In this document: in pieces, positions 34,420 to 35,135 of the stretch | How the letters are laid out: every line of letters begins with the position of its first letter | How positions within the stretch are numbered: position 1 is the stretch's first letter | DNA from: Deltaproteobacteria bacterium | GTDB lineage: Bacteria > Myxococcota_A > UBA9160 > UBA4427 | Assembly (NCBI GenBank): GCA_011051925.1 | Contig: DRKE01000031.1 | Coordinates: 1 to 35,135 of the forward strand | Direction: 5' to 3' | Length of the DNA stretch: 35,135 bases | The notes under the pieces: model-generated | Told to the model about the DNA's origin: nothing | Databases searched by the model: none | Seen by the model: only the letters and a program-made list of their open reading frames with translations | Translations under genes and position numbers: made by a program

Positions 34420-34461
34420 AAATCCTGCCCGCCAGGGCAAGGCCCGTCCTGGTCCCGGACG

Positions 34462-35135
34462 ATGATCCGCTTCGGGGCCCCTCGACGGGTCCTCGTGTGG
34501 CTGATGGCCCTGGTGGTGCTGGCTTGTGTGCCCCCGGATCCCTCGAGCGCCAGGACCCGCCCGGCCGAGGGGATCGCAGAGGATGGAAGCGAGCCTGGAT
34601 CACGATCGCTTCCGTCGGCCACGGTCGTGCTGATCTCGCTCGATGGCACGCGCGCGGACGACGTGACGGAAGCGCAGCTTCCGAGCCTCGTCGCACTCGG
34701 CCGGAAGGGCGTCCGGGCGGAGGCGCTCGTGCCCGTCGATCCCTCCAATACCTTCCCCGCCCACGTGAGTCTGGTGACGGGGGTCCTTCCGGAGGAACAT
34801 CGCCTGGTCAACAACCAGTTCATCGATCCCGTGCGCGGCCGCTTCTCGCGCAAGAAGACGGCGCCGCATTCCTGGATCGAATCCGAACCCGTCTGGTCGA
34901 TTGCCGAGCGGCATGGGATCCCGACGGCCGCGTTCCATTGGGTCGGATCGGAGGGCCCCTGGAAATCGGGACCCGGGCCCCGGACGGCTCGACGATTCTC
35001 CTCGCGGACCCTCGAGAAGACGAAGGTGACACAGATCCTGGAATGGCTCGCGATCGAAGACCCCGCAGAGCGTCCCCGCCTCATCACATCCTGGTTCCAT
35101 GGGGCCGATCATGCGGCGCATGTCTCGGGTCCGGG
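34462..35135 (+). CDS. ectonucleotide pyrophosphatase/phosphodiesterase (NPP, alkaline-phosphatase superfamily); partial, runs off the right edge
   Basis: Not in the ORF track because there is no stop. My translation from ATG 34462: MIRFGAPRRVLVWLMALVVLACVPP... (signal, possibly lipoprotein) ...VVLISLDGTRADDV...DPSNTFPAHVSLVTGVLPEEHRLVNNQFIDP...EPVWSIAERHG...FHWVGSE...WFHGADHAAHVSGP. This matches NPP signature blocks, including the TFP(N/A)H nucleophile motif. Confidence 0.8.
   Translation, partial: MIRFGAPRRVLVWLMALVVLACVPPDPSSARTRPAEGIAEDGSEPGSRSLPSATVVLISLDGTRADDVTEAQLPSLVALGRKGVRAEALVPVDPSNTFPAHVSLVTGVLPEEHRLVNNQFIDPVRGRFSRKKTAPHSWIESEPVWSIAERHGIPTAAFHWVGSEGPWKSGPGPRTARRFSSRTLEKTKVTQILEWLAIEDPAERPRLITSWFHGADHAAHVSGP

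Noticed and set aside
34350-34461. TPP (THI-box) riboswitch upstream of thiD
   Set aside because: The thiD-sense strand lacks the CUGAGA core and the ACCUGAUCUGG-like segment. The opposite strand has GUGAGA, but I could not build the P2/P3/P4-P5 helices. A cmsearch would be decisive.
34390-34461. Upstream in-frame GTG (34390) as the start of the NPP gene
   Set aside because: It would add 24 residues (VRRRAGPIGPKSCPPGQGPSWSRT) ahead of a normal signal peptide and would run through the 16-bp palindrome. ATG 34462 gives a conventional N-terminus.
34350-34461. Pho box upstream of the thiD / MutS-like / phosphatase operon or the NPP gene
   Set aside because: I found no CTGTCAT-N4-CTGTCAT-like direct repeats. 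Pho-box consensus may differ in this lineage, so absence is weak evidence.

Overview
GC-rich (by eye about two-thirds G+C) chromosomal window from a Gram-negative-type bacterium, judged from BamD, a PilT-family ATPase and Mpl/LdcA. I resolve 34 protein-coding genes and one tRNA-Gln(UUG). Two genes are partial at the window edges and absent from the ORF track because they have no in-window stop. Most of the window is core housekeeping. It holds alaS-ispG; a bamD-TPR-cvpA operon; a long plus-strand cluster (small ORF, CDP-alcohol phosphatidyltransferase, DUF1844, ispE, tRNA-Gln, prs, rplY/ctc, pth); a MocR/PdxR-like regulator followed by pdxS-pdxT; rpsF-rpsR-rplI; and dnaB followed by a peptidoglycan-recycling trio (ldcA, serine hydrolase, mpl). 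Many neighbouring genes are linked by 1-4 nt stop/start overlaps. I found no rRNA, CRISPR array, transposase, integrase or phage genes, and no convincing self-contained novel system such as a defence island. The least conventional loci are listed here. (1) A minus-strand thiD / membrane-anchored MutS-paralog / secreted alkaline phosphatase operon, divergent from an NPP phosphodiesterase gene. (2) About 100-aa oppositely charged low-complexity extensions on S6 (C-terminal) and S18 (N-terminal), filling the slot where ssb or priB usually sits. (3) An AT-rich spacer upstream of the PdxR-like gene with three copies of ATTGTC(A/C)GG. (4) A DUF2167 plus zinc-ribbon membrane protein pair. (5) A CCGGAA-rich intergenic region with a 13-nt tandem repeat. 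(6) Tandem YbaK-like deacylase paralogs, one with an extra C-terminal domain. (7) A lower-GC islet with an orphan ORF. The very long ORFs in the track (1257, 984, 856, 800 and 734 aa) are antisense shadow frames typical of GC-rich DNA and are rejected. All family assignments come from motif recognition by eye; no database search was run.
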